A stretch of 64,000 nt of DNA, taken from positions 1 to 64,000 of the forward strand of contig JBAXJR010000003.1 in assembly GCA_037137755.1 (NCBI GenBank). Direction: 5' to 3'. Of the stretch, positions 41,910 through 51,570 are shown piece by piece (position 1 is the first letter of the stretch; the number at the start of each line of letters is the position of its first letter). This DNA comes from Methanomicrobiales archaeon (GTDB lineage: Archaea; Halobacteriota; Methanomicrobia; Methanomicrobiales; Methanospirillaceae). Position numbers and translations under genes: made by a program. A model generated the notes under the pieces. The model had not been told where the DNA came from, searched no databases, and saw only the letters and a list, made by a program, of their open reading frames with translations.

Positions 41910-42222
41910 TCCAGATCACCTCACTCTCCACACGGGATCGGATATAATGGTCTATTCCTTTGACAGTCAGCAGATCGACTTTTCGTGAAAACAGGTCTTC
42001 GAGGTAAAACGCGAGCTTCATGAAATTATCAAAGGTTGCCTGCCCGTGTGCGAATTCGACGAGAACGTCAACATCACTTGTTCGTTTCTGCTCGCCGCGG
42101 GCAAACGAACCGAAGATGCCGATCCGTTTCACACCAAAGTCTGCACGCAAACCTGGCAGGGCCTGTTTAAGTCGGGAAAAGATCGGGCTTCTTCTCCTTT
42201 GAATTGTGAGCGGTGATTGCAA
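41899..42222 (-). CDS. Minimal nucleotidyltransferase (MNT/MntA-like) antitoxin
   Basis: GSFARGEQKRTSDVD (GSX10DXD) and KVDL. Overlaps the HEPN start. Confidence 0.92.
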   Translation of the reverse strand: MQSPLTIQRRRSPIFSRLKQALPGLRADFGVKRIGIFGSFARGEQKRTSDVDVLVEFAHGQATFDNFMKLAFYLEDLFSRKVDLLTVKGIDHYIRSRVESEVIWIEG

Positions 42223-42785
42223 AGATATTCTCTCTTATTAATGTGTGAGGTACTGGCACACAAAAGGCTTGTGGCGGGTGTAGGTGAGGTTCGTTTTGAG
42301 CGTTTCGATAGTTCTTCCATGTGATGGATTGACTCTCACGTAAATCGGGTGGTAAACTACAGATTTTGACTTCAACCGGATCGGAAGATGAAACCTGTTA
42401 AACAACATCCTGATAATGTCAGCACATACATTTTTTCACACAGGATATATGGGAAAAAAGTGAGTTCTGATGAAAATAAGGATAATTCGGCCTCTTTTAC
42501 TGCTAATAGGGTGGTTTTAAAAAATAATTCGTATCAAAAGCTGATGCGGTATTTCTTCAGGGCTGGTATTCCCGATAAATCGGTCGAAATTAACCCCGAT
42601 CTGCCTAATCTCTCCAGGTTATCCCGGTCTTAAAAAATCGATAAATATTGGTTTATTCAGGAGAAATAGGCGTTAAAATGGCGTTATTTACACTTATGTC
42701 AGGATAACCTGTTCTTATGGAGAGACATCAGGTATGAATCCTCTTTAACAATAAAAACGAAAAAATATAATTATTTCCTGTAATT

Positions 42786-43094
42786 TCACTTTCTCTCATC
42801 CGGTGCAACATATTTCGGGTGGAAATAGCGCCAGAGCAGGCCTGACAGGGCAATGACAATCAGGATGATACCTAAAGCCAGCCATATGGGCACGAATCCG
42901 ACATTCTGCGGAATAGCAACAGAAGGCAAAGCAAATGGAGGTGATGTCGTGGGTACAAAGGTTGTTACTGAAGTCTGCACAGTCCCAGAAGGGTAAACAC
43001 CGGTCGAATTACCTGGAACCAGAGCTGATACCGGCATGAAAAGAAGTGAAATCGCACTCAGGAAGATTAGAATATGATATACTTGGATCTTCAT
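42786..43094 (-). CDS. Small secreted, membrane-anchored T/P-rich protein
   Basis: Signal peptide ending PVSA, S/T/P-rich linker, C-terminal TM and WRYFHPK tail. Confidence 0.7.
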   Translation of the reverse strand: MKIQVYHILIFLSAISLLFMPVSALVPGNSTGVYPSGTVQTSVTTFVPTTSPPFALPSVAIPQNVGFVPIWLALGIILIVIALSGLLWRYFHPKYVAPDERK

Positions 43095-43227
43095 TACCTT
43101 TCATTTGGAAGGTCATTCGTATATTTCTATCTCTTCAATACGATTTGAAAAAAAGATCCTTGGATTTGTGATACAACAGTAATAATTATACGTTTCGTGA
43201 CTCTCATTTCATATACGGAATTTTCAT

Positions 43228-44472
43228 ATGACAAAAAAAAAGGGTAATACAGAGACGGGAGTTTCCGATCTGATAGGTACCATTCTTATCGTCATCCTCG
43301 TTATCGGCCTGGCCGCTGTTATTGCGGCATTTCTCATGCCGAATTTGCTGCACAAATCTGCCTATATCGCGAGCGAAGTGACTGCCTCACCGATCACCCA
43401 GCCAAGCGGACAGCAGGTGGAAGTCATCCGGCTCCTCCCGAAAAATGGAGATCCCTTTTACATTATCGGGCAGAAAAAATCCCCAGGAGGCTACCCGATT
43501 TCGGTGAGGGCCATATCTCCGGATGGACGAAATATCGGTGTGAACTGCACTGACCTGACCGGGAACCTTTACGGAAAAGAACTGTACGTGTACCCGGCAA
43601 ACCGGCCGGGTTCGGGACCTTGTGATATGTGTATTAATGACACACGGCCCACAGGTTCAATGAGGCCTATGGTAAATGGTGTCTGGACAATTCAACTTGT
43701 CGACGAGGAGTCGCATATTCTCGTGATGTCAAATGCTGATGGCAAAATTACGAAAGGTACAACCTCCCTGCCGAAGGTGGGAGGCATGCTTGGAAGTAAT
43801 GTGTATTATTCCAATTGCAGTACCCTTACACCTACCCCTGACTCAAATGCACCGACCAGTACCACGTTAGGTCCGGGCAATATGTCGTACCGGACATTTG
43901 ATGGTAGTACCCAGTATATGAAGTACCTGGATAACCCCGCCCTTGATTTTAACGGGGATATGGCAATTTCCCTCTGGTTCAATCCCAGCGATAATTCATC
44001 TACGCGACAGATCATTGGGAAAGGGCAGGCACCGAGTTATGGAAACCCTGCCACTGCAGTAAATGAGGACGACAATTACCAGGTTTTCCAGATTGGAAAC
44101 CAGCTATTGTTTGAATGGAATAATAAAGCATCACCCTACCTGCACTACCAGGCCATGACACCCCCGACCGTCCTGGCAAACCAGTGGAATTATCTGACTG
44201 TGAATGTGGAGGGCGGGAAGCTGAAAATTTATAATAATGGAGGTGCTCCCTTGGATCTTGTCTACTATAACAATAATAACCACGTTTCTCCCCCAATGTT
44301 GTCCCCCCCAACCGTGGACTTAAAGACCAACGATTATAATATGTATATCGGAAATCAATACCAAAGTGGATCGCCATATTCTTATGTTGGAGACATTGGT
44401 AGTATGGCACTTTATGACCATGCACTCAACGCCTATGAAATACAGCAGAACCTTTTGACCTATTCTGCATAA
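43228..44472 (+). CDS. Type IV pilin-like protein with C-terminal LamG domain
   Basis: TG/VSDLIGTILIVILVIGLAAVIA, FDGSTQY..ISLWFNP, WNYLTV..LKIYNNG and GDIGSMALYDHAL. Confidence 0.9.
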   Translation: MTKKKGNTETGVSDLIGTILIVILVIGLAAVIAAFLMPNLLHKSAYIASEVTASPITQPSGQQVEVIRLLPKNGDPFYIIGQKKSPGGYPISVRAISPDGRNIGVNCTDLTGNLYGKELYVYPANRPGSGPCDMCINDTRPTGSMRPMVNGVWTIQLVDEESHILVMSNADGKITKGTTSLPKVGGMLGSNVYYSNCSTLTPTPDSNAPTSTTLGPGNMSYRTFDGSTQYMKYLDNPALDFNGDMAISLWFNPSDNSSTRQIIGKGQAPSYGNPATAVNEDDNYQVFQIGNQLLFEWNNKASPYLHYQAMTPPTVLANQWNYLTVNVEGGKLKIYNNGGAPLDLVYYNNNNHVSPPMLSPPTVDLKTNDYNMYIGNQYQSGSPYSYVGDIGSMALYDHALNAYEIQQNLLTYSA

Positions 44473-44625
44473 TATCCCATTTTTTTTAAAAAAATGGCAA
44501 TAACGGCATGAATGACAGTTTAAAAGGATAAATATTTTTATTTTTATTTTTTCTTGCTGATTGAAAAAAATCCAAAATATTAAATATATGCATCCTCTTT
44601 TATCACGGGTCTCTCTTCGAGATGA

Positions 44626-44954
44626 TCATTGCTCAGGAAATATGCACAAAGCCCTCCCTGCGGATACAATAACGAGGAATACATTTACCCAGAGTAAAAC
44701 TCCCAGGTTCCGCATGAACGCACACCATAAAATCGCCACAAAACAGATCAGGAATAAGAAAATCCAGGTCCTTAATTGCGTTGTCGTGACAAAGGTGAAA
44801 ATCCCGATGAGGGCGGCAATCGTGACGAGCGTGTAACTCATCCAGACCATTTGCTCTGTTACTAACAGGAATTATGCCCACAGGATGGCAACAAAGCAGA
44901 TCAGTAGAACATTATCCAGGTCCGCTTATGTGGTATCGCAGCTGAAGGATTCAT
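44626..44954 (-). pseudogene. Decayed small membrane protein with internal duplication
   Basis: MNPSAAIPHKRTWIMF/frameshift/LICFVAILWA* is followed in frame by ...RTWIFLFLICFVAILWCAF, giving two copies of one motif. Confidence 0.6.
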
Positions 44955-45043
44955 ACGCCCCATCTGGGGATATCATACTTAACTATGTGTTTCATGACAT
45001 GGTCAGTTCATGACTGTCGACCCCCCCAAAAAATAGCAATAGA

Positions 45044-46969
45044 TCAGATGAAGAAATTGAAGATAATCACCGCAATAATGAGCATGATTGCTGCATGTTT
45101 AAGACCGGCACTGAGTGAGGCCTCTCCCATCTGACCAGCTATAATCCCTGAGAAGAACGCCTGTACCAGGCACCCGTGATACATCAGCCGGGATATGGTA
45201 TACATCGAGGCGGAACTAAAGCCGGCAAAGGCACCTGTTGCCGGGAGCCCCTTGGTATCGATGTTCCCCATTACGGGTATGAACTGGGTCGTGATAACGG
45301 CCACAACGAAAACAAAGACGATGAATGCAAGGTAAATGACTGCCGTATAGATGAACATCTCTGACATGCGTTCCTTTTTAAGGGTCTCCGACATCCGCGC
45401 ATCGCTCCCTGCGATGGTCAGCACGTCACTGATCGAACCACTCATCTTGGTCGCCTTGCTGATTAACGTAACAGTACGTGCAATCATCGGTGTCGAAATC
45501 CGCTGTTCAAATCTCATCAGTGCATCTGTAAAATTCGCGCCCCAGTCCATGTCCCGCTTGATCCGCTTTATCTCGTATGACAGGAGACCCAGCTTGGTAT
45601 TGACCATGATCGAGATCGCCTGCGATATGGTCAGCCCGACCTGGTTGATCCCGGCCATCCTGTCAAGAAAATCAGGGATCGATGCCTCAATCCCCTGGAT
45701 ATTGCGTCTCCAGAGCTCGTAAAAAATACCAAACGGGATCAGCACGATAAGAACGGCAATCACGACATGGTCATCAACCATATCGATGAACCGTTCAAAA
45801 CCGGCGGGAGGAAGACTCAGGTATACCGTGATGAGATAAACCGCTGCAACCGGGACCGTAACAAGCAGGGTCAGCTTGTAATTCATTATGAACGTCCGGG
45901 CTGGGTCCCGAATAAATTCCTTCACATTCCTGATACGGTCATAATGGAGGAGTTTTTCAAAAAATTTTCCCTCTCCCTCCTTCTTTTCGATCCTGACATC
46001 AGAATATTCCGAAAGTTCCTGTGTCCTGGTAAACCGGTTCACTGATTCAGACTTGATCGAGATCATGTCGATAAGGATGATAAATACCAGGGAGCCGATA
46101 GGGAGCAGGAGGTAAATGACAAGACCCATCTGGGTAACCGCGGCGCCACCCATCATCCCCATGACCACCATGATGATGATCAGGAACAGGGGCCCTGCGA
46201 CAAAAAGGGTAACATAGGACTCTGATATCAGCGACAGGAACTGGAGAAATTCTTTCTGTTCGAAACGGGCCTCTTCCTGGTACAACCGCACCCGGCCTGC
46301 AAGGAAGCTGGTCAGGTCCCCGCCGGTCTCGATAATTGATATCATGTCCTCGAGGAACTGTTTCATCTTTTGTGACGGGGTCGTTTCCATCAGGTGCCGG
46401 AGTGCCGTCACGACATCCATGCCAAAGAAATCGGCGTCCCTGATGACCTGCCTGAACTCGAGTGCGACTTCACCGTAAACTGGGGCATTTTCTGATATTG
46501 AACGAAAAATGACGAGTAGTTGCCCGCCACCTTTCCTCATTGCAAACATATACGCGACCGCATTATGCAGGGTGAGGTTAATCTTGGTCGCACGGTTGCC
46601 CTTCCTCATCGCCGGGTATTTCATGGCGATAAAATAAATCAGCAATGACCCGATAATAAATGAAATAACTGCCCCGATAAGGGAAATGGCCTCATTTGGA
46701 ACAGAAATCATAAGGGAATTAGGTAACGTGATTTTATACGCATTGTAAATGCCCGTATAACCAGACGGCATGCTCATGGTGAGAGTCAATGAAACAAAAA
46801 AACCGAACACCGCAAAAATAATACCGCCGAACAGCGAGACAAGCAATCCATAAAATGCATACCGCTCAGGGGTCATCGCCATGCGGGCGGAGACGAGATT
46901 TGCACTCAGGCGGGAGTATTTCTCTGAATCACGGGGGACCAACCGGTGTGCGACAGAATAAAAATTCAT
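45044..46969 (-). CDS. Type IV pilus platform protein (T2SSF/TadC/FlaJ-like, two domains)
   Basis: YGEVALEF...G.D...AL...TPS, IPDFLDRMA..G, multiple TMs and GQMGEASLSAGLKH. Confidence 0.92.
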   Translation of the reverse strand: MNFYSVAHRLVPRDSEKYSRLSANLVSARMAMTPERYAFYGLLVSLFGGIIFAVFGFFVSLTLTMSMPSGYTGIYNAYKITLPNSLMISVPNEAISLIGAVISFIIGSLLIYFIAMKYPAMRKGNRATKINLTLHNAVAYMFAMRKGGGQLLVIFRSISENAPVYGEVALEFRQVIRDADFFGMDVVTALRHLMETTPSQKMKQFLEDMISIIETGGDLTSFLAGRVRLYQEEARFEQKEFLQFLSLISESYVTLFVAGPLFLIIIMVVMGMMGGAAVTQMGLVIYLLLPIGSLVFIILIDMISIKSESVNRFTRTQELSEYSDVRIEKKEGEGKFFEKLLHYDRIRNVKEFIRDPARTFIMNYKLTLLVTVPVAAVYLITVYLSLPPAGFERFIDMVDDHVVIAVLIVLIPFGIFYELWRRNIQGIEASIPDFLDRMAGINQVGLTISQAISIMVNTKLGLLSYEIKRIKRDMDWGANFTDALMRFEQRISTPMIARTVTLISKATKMSGSISDVLTIAGSDARMSETLKKERMSEMFIYTAVIYLAFIVFVFVVAVITTQFIPVMGNIDTKGLPATGAFAGFSSASMYTISRLMYHGCLVQAFFSGIIAGQMGEASLSAGLKHAAIMLIIAVIIFNFFI

Positions 46970-49137
46970 ACTCCTCGCTTCAGGAAGGCCTTTAAATCAC
47001 CGATTGATTCAATGACCCCGGCTGGATCAATATTATACGCCTGGAACAGTTGTGAGACACTGATATAATCGCGCATTCCCTGTTCTTTCATTGCGATCAG
47101 GATCATCTTGCGGATCCTGATCTCATCATCGAGCTGCTCACGACTCCATCCACGTTTTTCGGCAATATCCGCATAGACCTGGGAGCGGCCCTGGTAACTG
47201 AATCTGTCTGCCACCGGATCATAGGTGAAGACCGTGTTAACGCGGAGACTTCCGGTCACCGGGTCTGCACCGGCGATTTCCACAATCTCCTGGACCCTCC
47301 TGATCCGTTCCTGCCCCCGGTATACCAGGGCCTGGACACTGATCACATTCAGTGCCTGGAGCATGTTCCGCGGGACATTCAGGGGTTCACTCTCAAGGCG
47401 GTGGATGGCTGCGTCCACGTTCCCGGCATGGAGCGTTGAAAAGGTGGTGTGGCCGGTGTTCATTGCCTGGAACAGGGTCTGTGCCTCAACACCCCGCACT
47501 TCACCGACGATGATATACTCAGGCCGCTGTCTCATTGCCGCCCTGAGAAGGTCGAACATGGAGATCATGCTCGCGCCTTCAGCGATCGAGTCCCTCGTTA
47601 CGCTGGCAATCCAGTTCTCGTGGTAGAGGGTGATCTCTCTCGTGTCCTCGATACTGACCACCTTTGCCATCGGCGGGATAAACAGTGATGCAGCATTCAG
47701 TGAAGTAGTCTTCCCTGATGCGGTACCCCCGATGAAAAGAAGGCTTTTGTTGTTCTCGATCGCCATCCAGAAATAGACGAGCTGGTCTTCGTTAAACGTG
47801 CCAATCTCCAGCAGCTCGATAGGGGAGAACGGTTCCTCGCGGAACTTGCGTATCGTAAAGGAAGTGCCCCTTGTGGTAACTTCTTTCCCGAATGTCAGCT
47901 GAAGTCTCGATCCTTCGGGCAATGTTGCATCGATAATCGGGGAACCTGTTGAGATATGTTTTCCGGATCGCTGGGCGAGAGTAATTGCAAGGGAATCGAG
48001 AATTTCTGCTTTGAATGTGATATTTGTCTTGATGTTCCGGTAGTTCCGGTGATAGAGGAATAATGGGATCATGGTCCCGTCGCATGAAATATCCTCGATA
48101 TAGGGATCTTTCATCAGGGCCTCAATACGTCCCCAGCCGAGGAAGTTCCGAACAAGGTAATATTGCAGTTTAAAGAGCGTGTTCAGGTCCGGATTAATAC
48201 CATACTCGTGGAATAAATCATCCATCTTCTCAAGGAGCAGCTCACGCTTGTCCCTGGCCAGTTCATCATCATCGAGGATCAGGACATTCCGGAGGTCGGC
48301 ATGCACCCGCTCGATCAGTTCGTACTGGAATTCCGACAGGACCGGCTCAAACAGGAGATATTCATTCTGGTTGGTCTTTTCATTCAATGCAATGACGACC
48401 AGGGATTCCCCGACGTCAACCCAGTAGTGGTCAATCTCGCGGTAACCGCCAGGAAGTTCAGGGGCAACAAGGGGCCCTTCCTTCACGGGATCGTAGTGGG
48501 GAATGAATTTTTTTACTTTTTTACTTTTTCCAGAAGTGCCCTCTTTAGCGGCCTTGTCTTTCTTCCCTGACTCCTCATCAACATGAAATGCCCTCTTTAA
48601 TGAATCAAGGCTGGTTGTTTTTTTCCTCCCGGTCAGGGCCATTTCATCCGGGAGTAATTCAGGGACGGTTGAGGGTGTGCTCCCGGTAACATTAGCCGCA
48701 GGTAAATCGACCGTCGTATTTTGTACCGCTGTTGATGATGTCCCCTTTCCTTTACTACGATGTAAGAGGCCAGAGATCGTGTCGATAACTGATGGCCCCT
48801 TATTTTTGGCATTCGTGACCTTTTCCACCGCAGGTTTAACCGGGCTGTTTGTGCCGGCAGGGGAGATTATTACCGGTGATGGGGATTTGGGCGGCGTCTT
48901 TGATTTTATTCCCGTTTTTTTGGGTCCTAAAATAAAAGCGGAGACCTGGTCGATGAGTGAGGTACGCCTGGCAGGGGGACGGACGGCCTTGACCGTATCA
49001 GGCTTAACCGGGTTGCCGGGATTGAACGGGGGTACAGTTGCAGGGGACGAGGTTTTTTGGACAGCATCCGCTTGTTTTCCCGAACTGCTATCTCCCTTTA
49101 TTATCTTTTTAAGTTTATCCAGTCCCGGGAGCGTCAT
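46966..49137 (-). CDS. Type IV pilus assembly ATPase (PilB/FlaI/VirB11-like) with long low-complexity N-terminus
   Basis: IEDISCDG, FTIRKF, Walker A GGTASGKTT, SIEDTRE, RQRPEYIIVGEVRG and TGH..STLHA. Confidence 0.96.
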   Translation of the reverse strand: MTLPGLDKLKKIIKGDSSSGKQADAVQKTSSPATVPPFNPGNPVKPDTVKAVRPPARRTSLIDQVSAFILGPKKTGIKSKTPPKSPSPVIISPAGTNSPVKPAVEKVTNAKNKGPSVIDTISGLLHRSKGKGTSSTAVQNTTVDLPAANVTGSTPSTVPELLPDEMALTGRKKTTSLDSLKRAFHVDEESGKKDKAAKEGTSGKSKKVKKFIPHYDPVKEGPLVAPELPGGYREIDHYWVDVGESLVVIALNEKTNQNEYLLFEPVLSEFQYELIERVHADLRNVLILDDDELARDKRELLLEKMDDLFHEYGINPDLNTLFKLQYYLVRNFLGWGRIEALMKDPYIEDISCDGTMIPLFLYHRNYRNIKTNITFKAEILDSLAITLAQRSGKHISTGSPIIDATLPEGSRLQLTFGKEVTTRGTSFTIRKFREEPFSPIELLEIGTFNEDQLVYFWMAIENNKSLLFIGGTASGKTTSLNAASLFIPPMAKVVSIEDTREITLYHENWIASVTRDSIAEGASMISMFDLLRAAMRQRPEYIIVGEVRGVEAQTLFQAMNTGHTTFSTLHAGNVDAAIHRLESEPLNVPRNMLQALNVISVQALVYRGQERIRRVQEIVEIAGADPVTGSLRVNTVFTYDPVADRFSYQGRSQVYADIAEKRGWSREQLDDEIRIRKMILIAMKEQGMRDYISVSQLFQAYNIDPAGVIESIGDLKAFLKRGV

Positions 49138-49440
49138 GCCACCTCTCCTGTCACTTAATTCTTTCTATTTAGTTGTAGAGGAATCGCTATAAAAGGATAT
49201 GTAAGGTCATACACCTTTGGAAGGAGGTGGAACGTCCTAAAATACCTTAATAATTCAGAACGCTGTGATATTTTTCGATTATGCCGCAAAATTTTTATGT
49301 TGGAGTTCATTCCTGGTGACACCGCAGGATACCTGGCCGATTCCTCATAGTATGCCTGTATTCCATTCGCAGGCCGGTAATTTTTTTCGGGTCTTCCGGG
49401 AAAACATTAACAGTGCGAAGGACAAATTATAAATATAACT

Positions 49441-50280
49441 ATGGGACAGGCAGAAATTCACGACCTTTCAACAAAAAAAATGCCTACAGGCATCTCATCA
49501 CTTGACCCGATGATGGAGGGGGGGATCCCTCCCGGTACCGTCGTACTCCTGCTTTCGGAAATCGGTGCCGGTAGTTATGAATTTATCTACAGTTCCGTTC
49601 TTTCCATTTCTTCAAAGAAAAATAAAGCCCCTGTTTCTGATACGATACTTCTTCCGTCCAGTATCAGGTACGTGACTTTCACCAAGATGAGTGATGATGT
49701 AAAACGTGAGATGAAATTATCGTTTTACGACGACCTGCTCGAAGGTATAGACTCCATACAATTTGAGGACCTGTCTCAGCTCTATTTTGATGCCAGTGTC
49801 GTACCGATAGACTGGTACAGCAAGGGGGATATTGTTTCACGACTCCAGAACCGTAACAACCGCGATATCCTCTCACAGTTATCATTAACGTTCGGCCCCG
49901 GGGCAGATAACAACCTGATCGTCCTCGACTCGCTCACAGACCTTGCGACGCAATATGCAGGGACTGTCCGGTGGGGCGATCTTATGGCGTTCATGCGCGG
50001 GCTCCAGCGGATAGCAAAAAAACTGAATACAACGATATACCTGCCTCTTGCACAGGGTATACTGGATGTTAAAAATGAGCGTGAAATCGCAGATATCGCC
50101 GATGCGGTAATCCTTTTCCACTGGGAAGAGAGCTCGGCAGCCCGGCGGCAGCGGGTAATGTATTTCGAAAAATTCCGGGGCCTGATGTCACACCTCGAAG
50201 AAAAAGACCTGGTAAAGTTTTCAGTCAGGATCTCCGCTGCCATCGGGTTTGAAGTGAGTAATATCAGGGTGATCATATGA
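49441..50280 (+). CDS. RAD55/KaiC-like protein with degenerate Walker A
   Basis: PTGISSLD..GGIPPG, P-loop SEIGAGSY (no Lys), IVLDSL and IADAVILF. Confidence 0.85.
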   Translation: MGQAEIHDLSTKKMPTGISSLDPMMEGGIPPGTVVLLLSEIGAGSYEFIYSSVLSISSKKNKAPVSDTILLPSSIRYVTFTKMSDDVKREMKLSFYDDLLEGIDSIQFEDLSQLYFDASVVPIDWYSKGDIVSRLQNRNNRDILSQLSLTFGPGADNNLIVLDSLTDLATQYAGTVRWGDLMAFMRGLQRIAKKLNTTIYLPLAQGILDVKNEREIADIADAVILFHWEESSAARRQRVMYFEKFRGLMSHLEEKDLVKFSVRISAAIGFEVSNIRVII

Positions 50281-50975
50281 GCGGGGGCCGGGTGAACATC
50301 GGTATTGAAGGACTTGACCAGATGATGGGTGGGGGGCTGGTCCCAGGTAGTATCGCCGCGATTATCGGCTCTTATGGTACCGGTAAGACATCCTTCGCAC
50401 TCCAGTTCTTATGGGAGGGTGTAAAGCTCGGGGAACATACAATTTACATCAGCCTCGAAGAACGTGAAGAACGGATCTTTGAATATATGGCGCAGAAAGG
50501 CTGGGACTACAAACCAGCCGTTAATAAGTTAATCACGGTATTAAAACTCGATCCATCGGATTTCAACCTTGCCATCAACCGGATTAAAAATGAACTCCCT
50601 GAACTTATCCGGACTGTTGGTGCAACACGGGTAGTAATTGACCCTATATCACTGTTTGAAGACCTTTTCGAGAGCAACTCCACAAGACGGCAGGAAATGT
50701 TCCGGTTTGTTGAAGGACTGCGAGACCAGCAGTGTACTGTTGTCATGACCAGCGAAACTGACCGGGACAACCCGTATGCAAGCCGTCACAACCTTATCGA
50801 GTACCTGTGTGACACCGTTATTATCCTGAGATATGTCAGGCCAAGTGACCTGACCGATGTCCACCTTGCACTTGAAGTGGTAAAAATGCGGTTATCGAGC
50901 CATTCGAGAGAAATTAAACCCTATGAGATCCTCCAGGACAGGATCCTCGTTCATAGCGAGGCAAATGTCTTCTGA
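50277..50975 (+). CDS. KaiC-domain ATPase (single domain)
   Basis: GIEGLD..GG, GSYGTGKT, YISLEE, VVIDP and EVVKMR...H. Confidence 0.92.
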   Translation: MSGGRVNIGIEGLDQMMGGGLVPGSIAAIIGSYGTGKTSFALQFLWEGVKLGEHTIYISLEEREERIFEYMAQKGWDYKPAVNKLITVLKLDPSDFNLAINRIKNELPELIRTVGATRVVIDPISLFEDLFESNSTRRQEMFRFVEGLRDQQCTVVMTSETDRDNPYASRHNLIEYLCDTVIILRYVRPSDLTDVHLALEVVKMRLSSHSREIKPYEILQDRILVHSEANVF

Positions 50976-51000
50976 TCTCCTGTTTTTTTAAGTTGACGGA

Positions 51001-51570
51001 TTATATCCGATCGGGTGGAATACTATCATCCATGAATGTTGAGAGGTTAGAGATCATTATAGGGTCAAGTCCTTTAATGACGGCAAGGAAGATGCCGGGT
51101 GTATCAATCAGCCGGAGACGGTTGGAGATATAATGAATAAATTTTGAGATACTTGCTGACGGGAGATAGATCAGCATGGTACTGACCGAGTCGAACACTA
51201 TACAGGGTTATTTATCCGAAAATTCGTTCAGTACCCAGATTATTGCGATACCCAGATCGGTCAGGTTTGAGAGGCTGCTGATAAACCGCACATTCGCTTC
51301 AACCTGGGGTGTTGTCCCGATCGCATAGGTTGTTTTGGCGTCTATGAAAAACATCTTCGATAGATCGAATCCTCCCCTTACGTAATTCTTTTTGAGGACT
51401 TCAGTGGGCTGGTAGGTGGTAATGATAATTACGTGGTAGCCCTTGTCCACCATCGCTTTCACGATATCGGTATTCTCCGTTTTCAACCGGTTGGCGGTGA
51501 TCAGCCGGAGGAGCAGATATTTTCCGCGGGAGATGTCCCCCGCCAGTGTCTCTATCGAATCCAGGCACAC
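51001..51570 (-). pseudogene. Inactive-KaiC-like gene with in-frame stop; paralog of 29389..29949
   Basis: ORFs 51208..51570 and 51001..51198 are in the same frame, split by TAA at 51208-51210. NLTDLGI, FDSVSTMLIY.PS..ISKFIH..N.LRL and KGLDP match the intact paralog. Confidence 0.9.

Noticed and set aside
30143-44472. Diversity-generating retroelement or shufflon driving tip variation
   Set aside because: No reverse transcriptase or recombinase in the window, no template/variable repeat pair with adenine-specific differences, and no repeated inversion sites recognised. Paralog differences include indels and all base types.
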